NCBI GenBank assembly: GCA_965242525.1
Contig: OZ251459.1
Coordinates: 1,248,001 to 1,312,000, forward strand
Direction of reading: 5' to 3'
Length of the DNA: 64,000 nucleotides
Source of the DNA: an uncultured Candidatus Binatia bacterium
GTDB taxonomy: Bacteria > Desulfobacterota > Binatia > UBA9968 > JAJDTQ01
The notes beneath the pieces are model-generated. The model had not been told where the DNA came from, ran no database searches, and was given only the letters and a program-made list of their open reading frames with translations. Numbering within the stretch: position 1 is the first letter of the stretch; each line of letters begins with the position of its first letter. Position numbers and translations under genes: made by a program. This document shows, in pieces, positions 18,565-27,032 of the stretch.

Positions 18565-19719
18565 GTGAAACTGCCGCGCAACCCCACTCGCGCCGTACGC
18601 ATCGGCTCTACCGTGATCGGAGGGAACCATCCCATCGCGGTCCAGAGCATGTGCGCCACCCATACCCAGGACGTCCGGGCCACCGCGGCCCAGGTCAACG
18701 ATCTGGCCCGGGCCGGGGCCCAAGTGGTCCGCATCGCGGTGGACAGCCGGAAGGACGCCGAGGCGCTGGCCCGGGTTCGGGACGCCACCGAGGCCAACCT
18801 GTCCGTGGACCTGCAGGAGAACTACCGGCTCGCGTCCCTGGTGGCGCCCCACGTGGACAAGGTCCGCTACAACCCCGGCCATCTCTACCACCACGAGCGG
18901 CGGAAGTCCTGGCGGGACAAGGTCCGGTTCCTGGCGGAGGTGGCCGCGGCCCACGACTGCGCCATGCGCGTGGGGGTCAACTGCGGCTCGGTGGACCCGG
19001 CCCAGCAGGACAAGTTCCCCCATGACGACTCCGTCTCGCCCATGCTCGCCAGCGCCTGGGAACACTGCGAGCTGCTGGACGGCCTGGGCTTCACGCGCTA
19101 CTGCGTCTCGCTCAAGGACTCGGACCCGGCCAAGGTCGTCGAGGTCAACCGGCGTTTCGCGGCCCAGCGGCCCGACGTGCCGCTCCACCTGGGGGTCACC
19201 GAAGCGGGGCTGCCGCCGGACGGCATCGTCAAGACCCGCATCGCCCTGGAGCAGCTCATCAGCCGGGGCATCGGCGACACCATCCGGGTCTCCCTGACCG
19301 TGCCCAACCCGCGCAAGCCCGAGGAGGTGGCCGCGGGGCGCGAGATCCTGGAAGACATCGCCCAGGGCCGGGTGCGCAGCGTGGTGGACTACGGGCGGGA
19401 CGCCCTGAACATCATCAGTTGCCCGAGCTGTTCCCGGGTGGAGAACGAGAACTTCGTGGAGCTGGCGCAGCAGGTCAAGGAGATGACCTCCTACGCGGCC
19501 GAGCACGCGGTCACCATCGCGGTCATGGGCTGCCGCGTCAACGGACCCGGCGAGACCGACGACGCCGACCTGGGCCTGTGGTGCGGCCCGCGGTTCGTGA
19601 ACCTGAAGCGCGGCAGCGAGCCGCTGGGCGCGTTCGGCTACCACGAGATCCTGCCGCGGCTCAAGGACGAGCTCGACGCCATGATCGCCCGGCGGGGCGC
19701 AGAGGGCCCGGCCGCCTGA
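18565..19719 (+). CDS. ispG: 4-hydroxy-3-methylbut-2-en-1-yl diphosphate synthase
   Basis: [56 protein letters not shown]. Confidence 0.95.
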   Translation: MKLPRNPTRAVRIGSTVIGGNHPIAVQSMCATHTQDVRATAAQVNDLARAGAQVVRIAVDSRKDAEALARVRDATEANLSVDLQENYRLASLVAPHVDKVRYNPGHLYHHERRKSWRDKVRFLAEVAAAHDCAMRVGVNCGSVDPAQQDKFPHDDSVSPMLASAWEHCELLDGLGFTRYCVSLKDSDPAKVVEVNRRFAAQRPDVPLHLGVTEAGLPPDGIVKTRIALEQLISRGIGDTIRVSLTVPNPRKPEEVAAGREILEDIAQGRVRSVVDYGRDALNIISCPSCSRVENENFVELAQQVKEMTSYAAEHAVTIAVMGCRVNGPGETDDADLGLWCGPRFVNLKRGSEPLGAFGYHEILPRLKDELDAMIARRGAEGPAA

Positions 19720-19750
19720 CGTCCCGGTACGCCCGCCCCCCTTCCCTCCC

Positions 19751-20941
19751 ATGGATTTCTGGAACCGCATCCGCAAGCCCATCATCGGCCTTTCGCCCAT
19801 GGACGGGGTCACAGACGCCTCCTTCCGGCTGGTGGCCGCCCGGTACGGCCCGCCGGATCTGTGCATGACCGAGTTCACCAGCGTGGAAGCCATCTGCTGT
19901 GGCGCCGAAGGGTTCGTGCGAGACCTCTCCTACGGCGAGTGCGAACGCCCGGTGCTCGCCCAGATCTACGGCCGCACGCCCCAGGCATTCTACCAGGTGG
20001 CGCACGTGGTCGGGGATCTCGGGTTCGACGGACTGGACATCAACATGGGATGCCCGGCCAAGAACGTGGCCGCCAGGGGATGCGGCGCGGGCCTCATACG
20101 CAACCCGGACCTGGCCGTCGCCCTCATCCGTGCGGCGCGCCAAGGGCTCGCGGACTGGGCCGCGGGGCAACGCCTGGAAGACGTGGGCTTGGCCCCGGAG
20201 GTGGTGGAGCGGGTGCGCCACATGCAGCGCGGGCGCGCGACGCCCGGGAGCCGCCCATCCATCCCGCTGTCGGTGAAGACCCGAGTGGGGTACGACGAGG
20301 TGGAAGTGGAACGGTGGATCCCCGTGCTCCTGGGCGAGGGGCCCGCGGCCATCTCCCTCCACGGCCGCACCCTCAAGCAGATGTACCGGGGAGCCGCGGA
20401 CTGGGACGCCATCGGCCGGGCGGTGGAGCTCGCCCGGGAGTCGCCGACCCTGGTCCTCGGCAACGGCGACCTCAAGTCCATGCCGGAAGTGGTGGAGCGG
20501 GTGCGGCAGACCGGCGTGGACGGCGTCCTCCTGGGACGGGGCGCCCTGGGGAACCCCTGGGTCTTTCGCCACAAGCAGTGGGCCAAGGACACGCTGGCCG
20601 GGGTCTCGCCCGCCGCGGCGCCGCCGGACGAGACCTGGGTCTCGCGGGACGAGCGGACGCGGGTGCTGCTGGAGCACAGCCGGCACTTCGAGAGCCTCTG
20701 GGGCGAGCGCCGGTTCCCCGCCATGCGCAAGCACTTGGCTTGGTACTGCAAGGGCTTTCGCGGCGCTTCCCGGTGGCGCGCGCGGATGGTCCGGGCCGGC
20801 AACGCCGAAGAGGTCGCGCGCATCGTCCAGGCGACGCCCGAAGCGCCCGAACCGCGTCCGGCTCAGGCGCCGCGCCCGGACGTCCCGCCGCCGCGGCCCG
20901 AAGGTCCCGCGGTGGGGTTCGACGCACGCGGGTTGGGCTGA
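19751..20941 (+). CDS. tRNA-dihydrouridine synthase family protein
   Basis: LSPMDGVTD, DINMGCP, SVKTRVG, LHGRT, GNGD, GRGALGNPW. Confidence 0.92.
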   Translation: MDFWNRIRKPIIGLSPMDGVTDASFRLVAARYGPPDLCMTEFTSVEAICCGAEGFVRDLSYGECERPVLAQIYGRTPQAFYQVAHVVGDLGFDGLDINMGCPAKNVAARGCGAGLIRNPDLAVALIRAARQGLADWAAGQRLEDVGLAPEVVERVRHMQRGRATPGSRPSIPLSVKTRVGYDEVEVERWIPVLLGEGPAAISLHGRTLKQMYRGAADWDAIGRAVELARESPTLVLGNGDLKSMPEVVERVRQTGVDGVLLGRGALGNPWVFRHKQWAKDTLAGVSPAAAPPDETWVSRDERTRVLLEHSRHFESLWGERRFPAMRKHLAWYCKGFRGASRWRARMVRAGNAEEVARIVQATPEAPEPRPAQAPRPDVPPPRPEGPAVGFDARGLG

Positions 20942-20948
20942 CCCCGCC

Positions 20949-21620
20949 ATGCGTCTCGTGCTGGCGTCCACCTCGCCCCGGCGGCGCGACATCCTGGCCC
21001 TGCTCGGCCTCCCATTCGAGGTGCGCCCGCCGGACTTCGACGAAACCCCCCGCGAAGACCTTACGCCGGAGGCCGAAGCGCTGGCCCTGGCCGCGGGCAA
21101 GGCCCGCTCCGTGGCCCGCCGCGAACCCGGCGCCCTGGTGGCCGGGGGCGACACGCTCATCGCCCTGGGCGCCGAGAAGATCGGCAAGCCCGAAAACCCG
21201 GGCCACGCCGCGGCCATACTCCGCAAGCTCTCCGGAAGGAGCCACCGTATCCTCACCGGGGTGGCCCTGGTGGACCCCGTGACCGGGCGCGAGACCACCC
21301 ACCTCGAACGAGTGGAGGTGCGCATGCGCCGCTCCACCGACGCCGACATCGCCGGCTACCTGGCCCTGGGCGAATCCATGGACAAGGCCGGCGCGTACTC
21401 CATCCAGGGCCAGGGCCACCGGCTGGTGGAGAGCCTCCGGGGCGACTACCTGGCCGCGGTGGGGCTGCCCCTGCGCCCGGTGGCTGACTATCTCCGGAGC
21501 CTGGGCGTGGAAGTCCCCGCGGACGTGGAAAGGCTGTACCGGGAGAGGTCCCTGTGGACCTGGAACGCGGTCTCCGTCTCCACCGCGGAACGCTCCCGAG
21601 AGTTTGCGCCGCGGGAATGA
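20949..21620 (+). CDS. maf: Maf/YhdE nucleoside triphosphate pyrophosphatase
   Basis: LASTSPRR, GGDT, IGKP, LSGRSH, DKAGAYSIQG. Confidence 0.92.
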   Translation: MRLVLASTSPRRRDILALLGLPFEVRPPDFDETPREDLTPEAEALALAAGKARSVARREPGALVAGGDTLIALGAEKIGKPENPGHAAAILRKLSGRSHRILTGVALVDPVTGRETTHLERVEVRMRRSTDADIAGYLALGESMDKAGAYSIQGQGHRLVESLRGDYLAAVGLPLRPVADYLRSLGVEVPADVERLYRERSLWTWNAVSVSTAERSREFAPRE

Positions 21621-21699
21621 CTGGAAGGCTGTCGGAAGACCCTCGTGGCTGGATCGAGGAAGTCCCCGGATTCCGGCGGTTCAGTGTCCGAGATGGCTA

Positions 21700-22401
21700 C
21701 TACACATCCTTCAGGCTCTCATCGGCCTGCTCGCGAAAGCGTTTATACGCCTCGGGAAAGAAAAGACGAGCGGACACAATTTCAGATATGGGGATCACAA
21801 CGCGAAAATCCTCATCGAATACAGGACCCGGCTCTTCCAGAGACTGCTCGATCACCGCAGCGTAATGAGTCGTTATTTCCAGTTCCTGGTCGTCTTTACG
21901 TCGATACCCGCTCGCTACCGGAATGAGCGAGACGTCCGGCTCGCCCTGCTGCCTTTTTATACCGCTCTCCAAGGCAAAGCCTATGTAGGACTTTCCGCTT
22001 CTCAGAGAAAGCTCGACGAACTCCCCTCGGCTCAAGGATTCCGCCATCAACAATTCAACGAAGTCATTGTTTTCCTTGGCGGCCCGACGCGCCGCCCGAT
22101 CCGAGCCATAGAGACAGTTTGCCACCAAAGGCACTGCGATACCGAAAACTACACTCAGCACGGCGGTGTCGGAGTGAGGGGTCGAGAAATAGTGCGACCA
22201 CCAAACATCAAGCTGTGGGAAGCAATGATCCAGAAACAGGCCGGCCACTCGAGCGGCGCCGAACAAAATGACGCCGGCGAAAGCGGAGTTGAAAAGGAGA
22301 TGATAACCCGACTCGCGAAAGGTGCGATATCGGGTGTAGTTCAGATGCGTTAAAAGCCAGTAACCGCCAATGGTGGGAAGCAGAAACAAACCCAATCCCA
22401 T
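21700..22401 (-). CDS. Hypothetical membrane protein (about 3 TM helices plus a beta-rich C-terminal domain), lower GC
   Basis: AGGAGG RBS before ATG 22401; hydrophobic N-terminal half; atypical codon usage. Confidence 0.75.
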   Translation of the reverse strand: MGLGLFLLPTIGGYWLLTHLNYTRYRTFRESGYHLLFNSAFAGVILFGAARVAGLFLDHCFPQLDVWWSHYFSTPHSDTAVLSVVFGIAVPLVANCLYGSDRAARRAAKENNDFVELLMAESLSRGEFVELSLRSGKSYIGFALESGIKRQQGEPDVSLIPVASGYRRKDDQELEITTHYAAVIEQSLEEPGPVFDEDFRVVIPISEIVSARLFFPEAYKRFREQADESLKDV

Positions 22402-22440
22402 GGAGGCTACCTCCTGACAGAATGATTGTGGCGGCTCCTC

Positions 22441-22638
22441 TCAGGAACCCTTCCGAGCCTTCGCAGGAGATTGCAACGTGCTTGCCAACTTCGTCATCGC
22501 CGCAAGTCTTTCCCGCCCTTTGCCGCTCCGGAGCAACTCGTGCGCCTTGACGTACAATCCCCCTGTACGGGTGACGTACACTTTATGGTCGGCTTTTACC
22601 CCGTTTCGGTCAGCCCTATCTTCTTTCGGCATAAACAC
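22441..22638 (-). CDS. Small basic hypothetical protein (about 65 aa)
   Basis: Co-oriented, 39 bp upstream of the 21700..22401 gene; protein-like VYVTRTGGLYVKAHELLRS. Confidence 0.5.
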   Translation of the reverse strand: MFMPKEDRADRNGVKADHKVYVTRTGGLYVKAHELLRSGKGRERLAAMTKLASTLQSPAKARKGS

Positions 22639-22685
22639 CTTCCCAAGTACAGCCTTCGCCAGTTGCTGGATGTCTTTTGACTTGA

Positions 22686-22818
22686 GGAACCTCTGAACAA
22701 TCGAGATATCCGGGACGGATTCCCTCGCCCTGACAATCCTGTCCCGTTCATCCTGAGCGTAGCGAAGCGGAGTTGAAGGACACGCTCATGCCTCCTGTCC
22801 CAATTGTTCAGAGGTTCC
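22686..22818. mobile_element. Complete MITE-A: 133 bp, perfect TIRs, internal repeat A
   Basis: AGGAACCTCTGAACAAT (22685-22701) and ATTGTTCAGAGGTTCCT (22803-22819) are exact reverse complements; repeat A at 22744-22781. Confidence 0.8.
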
Positions 22819-23791
22819 TTACAGCCTTTGCCAACACGCCTTCGGCTTCGCGCAGGTTCTCCACCGTCCTCTTGGGGTCAATCTTGCCGTTCCTGCCAAA
22901 AGAAATCCACTCGTTTGCCCAAACGGCTACGGTCATGGTCCTGCCGCCTCCTTTGAGCTTCGGCGGTTTCTTGACACGCCCGCCGCCGACAGCAAGGATT
23001 GCCTCACGCAGCCCCTGTGTCGAATCGCCAGGCACTTTCTTGCCCTTCTCAACTCTTATCTTGAAGCAGAGGTTCCGTTTTCCACCAGGAACGACCTCAA
23101 GCTGCAGGTAAGCCTCAGCGCCCCCAGGCAACTTACTACTCCCACCCCACCAGAATCCGAGAAATCCACCCGGTGGAGGGACATAACCCCATTCCCCATC
23201 ACCGCCGAGGGCGTCTTCAAGACATCCGTAGAACCCTTCCCAAGAACCCCATGACCACTGTTCACTGCCGCCAGCCTGCCAATTGCGGTAGCTCTCCGTG
23301 TCATCCTCCCAACATTGGAGATAGCCCCGATAGTCCACGAGGATCACGTTCATGCCGCGGTAGTCCTTGAGCACGCCCAGAAAATCGCGCCGGTCGAAGA
23401 CTTTGTAACCGCGAGGCCTCGGATCGACCGCCTTCTCGACCTTCTGGCGTTCCGCTCGTGGATAGTTGCCGGTCTTCACGTAGATCGGATAGATGTCGTC
23501 TCGGGCGACTTGGCCGAAGCCCGTTTTGCCGTCGCATACACAGTCGTAGTACCGCCGCAGTTTGTCTTTGGCGTCACCGTCGCTAGTGACCGTCTTGTCC
23601 TCGATCAAGAGGACATGCCGGCCGTTAATGCGGGCGAGCACGTCGATCCTACAGTCTTGCTGCCGCACTTCTACGGCCTTGACGCCTATAGCTGATTTAC
23701 CGTGTTTCCGACGCAGCGCGTTGACGAAACGTACTGCGCAGGCGTGCAAATCGGGATCCTCCGCCTTATGCTCAGGATTGGCCCACGACAA
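22808..23791 (-). CDS. PD-(D/E)XK nuclease family protein, probably 5'-truncated
   Basis: RIDVLARINGRHVLLIEDKT motif, PIYVKTG, WGYVPPPGGFLGFWW. No ATG or RBS. The stop lies in the MITE TIR. Confidence 0.75.
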   Translation of the reverse strand: MSWANPEHKAEDPDLHACAVRFVNALRRKHGKSAIGVKAVEVRQQDCRIDVLARINGRHVLLIEDKTVTSDGDAKDKLRRYYDCVCDGKTGFGQVARDDIYPIYVKTGNYPRAERQKVEKAVDPRPRGYKVFDRRDFLGVLKDYRGMNVILVDYRGYLQCWEDDTESYRNWQAGGSEQWSWGSWEGFYGCLEDALGGDGEWGYVPPPGGFLGFWWGGSSKLPGGAEAYLQLEVVPGGKRNLCFKIRVEKGKKVPGDSTQGLREAILAVGGGRVKKPPKLKGGGRTMTVAVWANEWISFGRNGKIDPKRTVENLREAEGVLAKAVRNL

Positions 23792-23839
23792 CAGCCAACC
23801 CTTTCCCTTTCTACCATACCCATCCTGCGGCGCAAACTC

Positions 23840-24703
23840 CTAGCCCAACCGCAAGAGCACCATGCCGGCCATGATGGTCAGGCTGCCGGGCAGGATCGCG
23901 CGCACCCGGGCGCGCTCGTCGAACAACAGGTAGCCTGCGGCCAAGGCGAAGAGGATCTCGGTCTGCTTGACCGCCTCCACGTAGGAGGTGAGGGTCAACT
24001 CGTAGGCCAGGCTGTGGCAGATGCTCGCCAGCGAGGCGCACAGCCCCATGGCCATGAACGCGGAGCCGTGGCGCGGGATGGCCCGGAAGTGGCCCGCGGA
24101 CCGGTACAGCGCCAGCGGGAGCACCATGAGGGAGGCCGCCAGATAGCCCGCAAGGTTGGCGAAATAGACGTCCGAACGGAGGATCAGCAGCTTGATCAGC
24201 ACCACGGACGGGGCATAGAAGAAGGCCGCGGCCAGGGTGTAGCGCAGACCCCGGTCCACCAGCAGCTCGCGCAGCGGCGCCCATACCGAGATGCGGCTCT
24301 TGTGCACGTTGACGAGATAGACCCCGACGCCGCTCAGCAGCACGCCGGCCAAGCCCGCGGCCGACGGGGTCTCGTCCAGGGCCACGTAGGCGAAGAGCAC
24401 CAGGAACAGCAGGCTGAGTTTCCACAGGGACGTGACCACGGCGATGCCGGACAGCTTGAGGGCCTTGGAGAGGCTCAGGGTGGCAACGGACTGGATGACG
24501 CCGAAGCCCGCCGCGCAGAGCCAGAAGCCGTCCTCCACCTGGGGCGGACCGCGCCAAGCCGCGGCCATGGCCACGAACGGCAGCAGGAAGGTGAACCGCC
24601 CCCACACGTTGATCACGTCGTCGAGCTCGTGCCCCAGGTGCTTCATGGAGATGTTCCTGAGCACCTGGAACAGCGCCGACAGGAGCGCGAGCAGGAACCA
24701 CAT
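23840..24703 (-). CDS. EamA/DMT family transporter
   Basis: About 10 hydrophobic helices in two repeats; YVEAVKQTEILFA. Confidence 0.88.
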   Translation of the reverse strand: MWFLLALLSALFQVLRNISMKHLGHELDDVINVWGRFTFLLPFVAMAAAWRGPPQVEDGFWLCAAGFGVIQSVATLSLSKALKLSGIAVVTSLWKLSLLFLVLFAYVALDETPSAAGLAGVLLSGVGVYLVNVHKSRISVWAPLRELLVDRGLRYTLAAAFFYAPSVVLIKLLILRSDVYFANLAGYLAASLMVLPLALYRSAGHFRAIPRHGSAFMAMGLCASLASICHSLAYELTLTSYVEAVKQTEILFALAAGYLLFDERARVRAILPGSLTIMAGMVLLRLG

Positions 24704-24803
24704 GGGCAGGACAGGCTACCGTCCGAAGGACGAGAAAGCGAACGCGGCCCCGGGCCGTATCCCGATGAACTCCCCGGGACGCCCCGGAAAGGAGGGGGCG
24801 CGG

Positions 24804-24833
24804 TTGACACGCCTCGGCGTGAAGCGCTATCAC
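24804..24833 (+). promoter_or_regulatory. Putative sigma70 promoter TTGACA-N18-TATCAC
   Basis: Consensus -35 box; the element ends 30 bp upstream of ATG 24864. Confidence 0.4.
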
Positions 24834-24863
24834 GGGTTCAACTCCAACTCGAAAGGGAAACCG

Positions 24864-25568
24864 ATGGTTGACGAATTCGAAGACCACTGCTGGCAGGACC
24901 TCATCAGCCAGGAGATCATGGACATCTACAAACCCTACCGGAGGGAGCTCTACGTGGGCGAGCGGCCCGCCCTGTTGGCCATCGACCTCTACAACCTGGT
25001 CTATCGGGGCGGTCCGAAGCCGGTCCACGAGGTGGTCCGGGAACACCGGAGCGCCTGCGGCGTGCACGCCTACGACGCCATCGAGCCCACCCGGGAGCTT
25101 TTCGAGCTGGCCCGTTCCCAGGGGATCCAGGTCATCTACACCACCACGGAGACGCGCAAGGAGGTCCAGCCCGCGGCGGTTCACGCCACCAACCGGCAGG
25201 TCTCGGAACTGGACGCGGACGACTACGAGATCTACGAGGCGTTCGCGCCCGAGCCCGGAGACATCATCATCTACAAGGAGCGGGCCAGCGGCTTCTACGG
25301 CACCCCGCTGCTCGCCCACCTGACGAGGCTCGGTGTCAACTCGCTCATCGTTTGCGGCGAAAGCACCAGCGGCTGCGTCCGGGCGAGCGTGGTGGACGCC
25401 TACTCCAACGGCTACCACGTCTCGGTGGTGGAGGAATGCGTCTTCGACCGGAGCGTGGTTTCCCACAAGGTCAACCTCTTCGACCTGCACCACAAGTACG
25501 CGGACGTGATGAAGCTGGCCGAAGTCCGGGAGCACTTCGGACGGAAACCCCTCAAGGCCGCGGTCTGA
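24864..25568 (+). CDS. Isochorismatase-family cysteine hydrolase (N-carbamoylsarcosine amidase/maleamate amidohydrolase-like)
   Basis: Triad motifs AIDLY (D), YKERASGF (K), GESTSGCVRASVVDA (C); FDLHHKYADV. Confidence 0.9.
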   Translation: MVDEFEDHCWQDLISQEIMDIYKPYRRELYVGERPALLAIDLYNLVYRGGPKPVHEVVREHRSACGVHAYDAIEPTRELFELARSQGIQVIYTTTETRKEVQPAAVHATNRQVSELDADDYEIYEAFAPEPGDIIIYKERASGFYGTPLLAHLTRLGVNSLIVCGESTSGCVRASVVDAYSNGYHVSVVEECVFDRSVVSHKVNLFDLHHKYADVMKLAEVREHFGRKPLKAAV

Positions 25569-25663
25569 GGCCCCGGGCCGTGACCCGGGCACAGCGCCGC
25601 GCCCGGGGTCACGCCGATCCGGTCACGGTTTCCGCCTTTCGTATGTGGAGACCGATACATATT

Positions 25664-25905
25664 GGCTCTTCAGGGATTCGTGTGGGTAAGGCGAGAGGGA
25701 AAAGGATCGACAGGGGTCAGGCCGTCATTCCCGCGAAAGCGGGAATCCATCCAGTTTCCTTGCTCTCTTTGTAGAAACGTCTCATACAGGGAACCCATGG
25801 GTTTGCTCGCAGGGTTTGGATTCCCGCCCCCGCTTCCGCGAGGACATGCTTTCGCGGGAATGACGGATGGGGAGCATCACAACCCGCACGAATTCCGGAA
25901 GCGCC
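25664..25905 (+). mobile_element. MITE-B copy 1: 242 bp, imperfect 23-bp TIRs, two inverted repeat-B palindromes
   Basis: Left GGCTCTTCAGGGATTCGTGTGGG; right (reverse complement) GGCGCTTCCGGAATTCGTGCGGG; CGTCATTCCCGCGAAAGCGGGAATCCA at 25723-25749 and an inverted variant at 25817-25865; homologous to 57614-57866. Confidence 0.7.
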
Positions 25906-25912
25906 CAAATTA

Positions 25913-27028
25913 CTATGCAGGACCACGGACGGGTTCGATATTCTTCAGTACCAGAGAACCTCGTTCACGAAACGCTGTCACCAGGACTTCATCGAGCCAA
26001 TGGGGCTTCACGATGTCGTCCATCCCAAGCGGCACGCGCACTTGGTGGGCGTGTCCCTCGGAGTCCACGATGCGAACCAGTTCCATCTTCTTGGTGGCGT
26101 CCGCCCATCGAAGACTCCCCTGTATCCGAACCAGGTCTTCCGAATCGTGCACGGGCTTTTCGCCACCTGCCTCGGGCGCCTTCGATACCGACTTGACCTC
26201 AATGTGCCGGGGGGTTCTTCCGAAGAAAGATGAGAGTCCGACCCAACGCACGGAGTCGCCGTCGGGCGCGATCTTTCGAGCCAGAGCGATGAAGTTGGCG
26301 GTATAGGCAGGAGTGCCAATGTGTTCAGAGAGTCCACTCTCACCGGCCGACGCCAACAGATCGAAACACTCGAATACTTCCCTCACCACGGATTCGGACT
26401 TGACCATGCCTGGCAGACTCATCTGTTTCGGTTCCCCTATGCAGATGGAAATTGCGAAGCTGCCGGCCCTGGGTTCACCCACGAACATCTCGTAATCCTG
26501 TTCGATCTTCTGCTGTCGCCTGCCACGGGTACGGTACTCTACCCCGGCCTGACGCTCCGCGGTACGGAATGCCAGAATCTGCAACCCTTCCAGGCGTGGG
26601 ATTATCACACTGCTTGGCGCAATCCCCGCAGCTATCGCGGGTCCGGCCAGGGACATCTGAACCTCATGAGGCTGGAGTGCAATGCCTCGCGTGGCGAGGT
26701 GCCTCCGAAATTGCTCCTCTTCCACTATGTCGTGCAGTTCGTCGGCGATTTCCTTCGGAGGAGATCCTGCCAAACCCTGAAAAGCCAATCGCCTTGCCTC
26801 TTCCGTTTCACCACACTCGAGGGCCAGGGCGGCGGCGCTTCGGAACAGGACGGAACGCGTCGGTTCCGCTTGAAATTCCTGAAGGAGGCCGTACGCCGCT
26901 TCACGCTCCAATTCCAGGGCGCGGCGCATCAACTCCGCCATCTCGGCTTCCTTACCCTCCGAACGGGCGATCCTTGCCCGTTCGGCATGGTGCATGGCCT
27001 CGCGATGAGTGAGTACGGACGTCTCCAT
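25913..27028 (-). CDS. Hypothetical protein (371 aa), lower GC
   Basis: Long ORF starting 4 bp after the amidohydrolase stop; helical N-terminus (EPTRSVLFRSAAALALECG) and beta-rich C-terminus. Confidence 0.8.
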   Translation of the reverse strand: METSVLTHREAMHHAERARIARSEGKEAEMAELMRRALELEREAAYGLLQEFQAEPTRSVLFRSAAALALECGETEEARRLAFQGLAGSPPKEIADELHDIVEEEQFRRHLATRGIALQPHEVQMSLAGPAIAAGIAPSSVIIPRLEGLQILAFRTAERQAGVEYRTRGRRQQKIEQDYEMFVGEPRAGSFAISICIGEPKQMSLPGMVKSESVVREVFECFDLLASAGESGLSEHIGTPAYTANFIALARKIAPDGDSVRWVGLSSFFGRTPRHIEVKSVSKAPEAGGEKPVHDSEDLVRIQGSLRWADATKKMELVRIVDSEGHAHQVRVPLGMDDIVKPHWLDEVLVTAFRERGSLVLKNIEPVRGPA

Positions 27029-27032
27029 CCTG

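Noticed and set aside
21620-27030. Accessory genes followed by palindromes as integron cassettes
   Set aside because: No RYYYAAC...GTTRRRY attC boundaries recognised, no intI, and the genes are not arrayed
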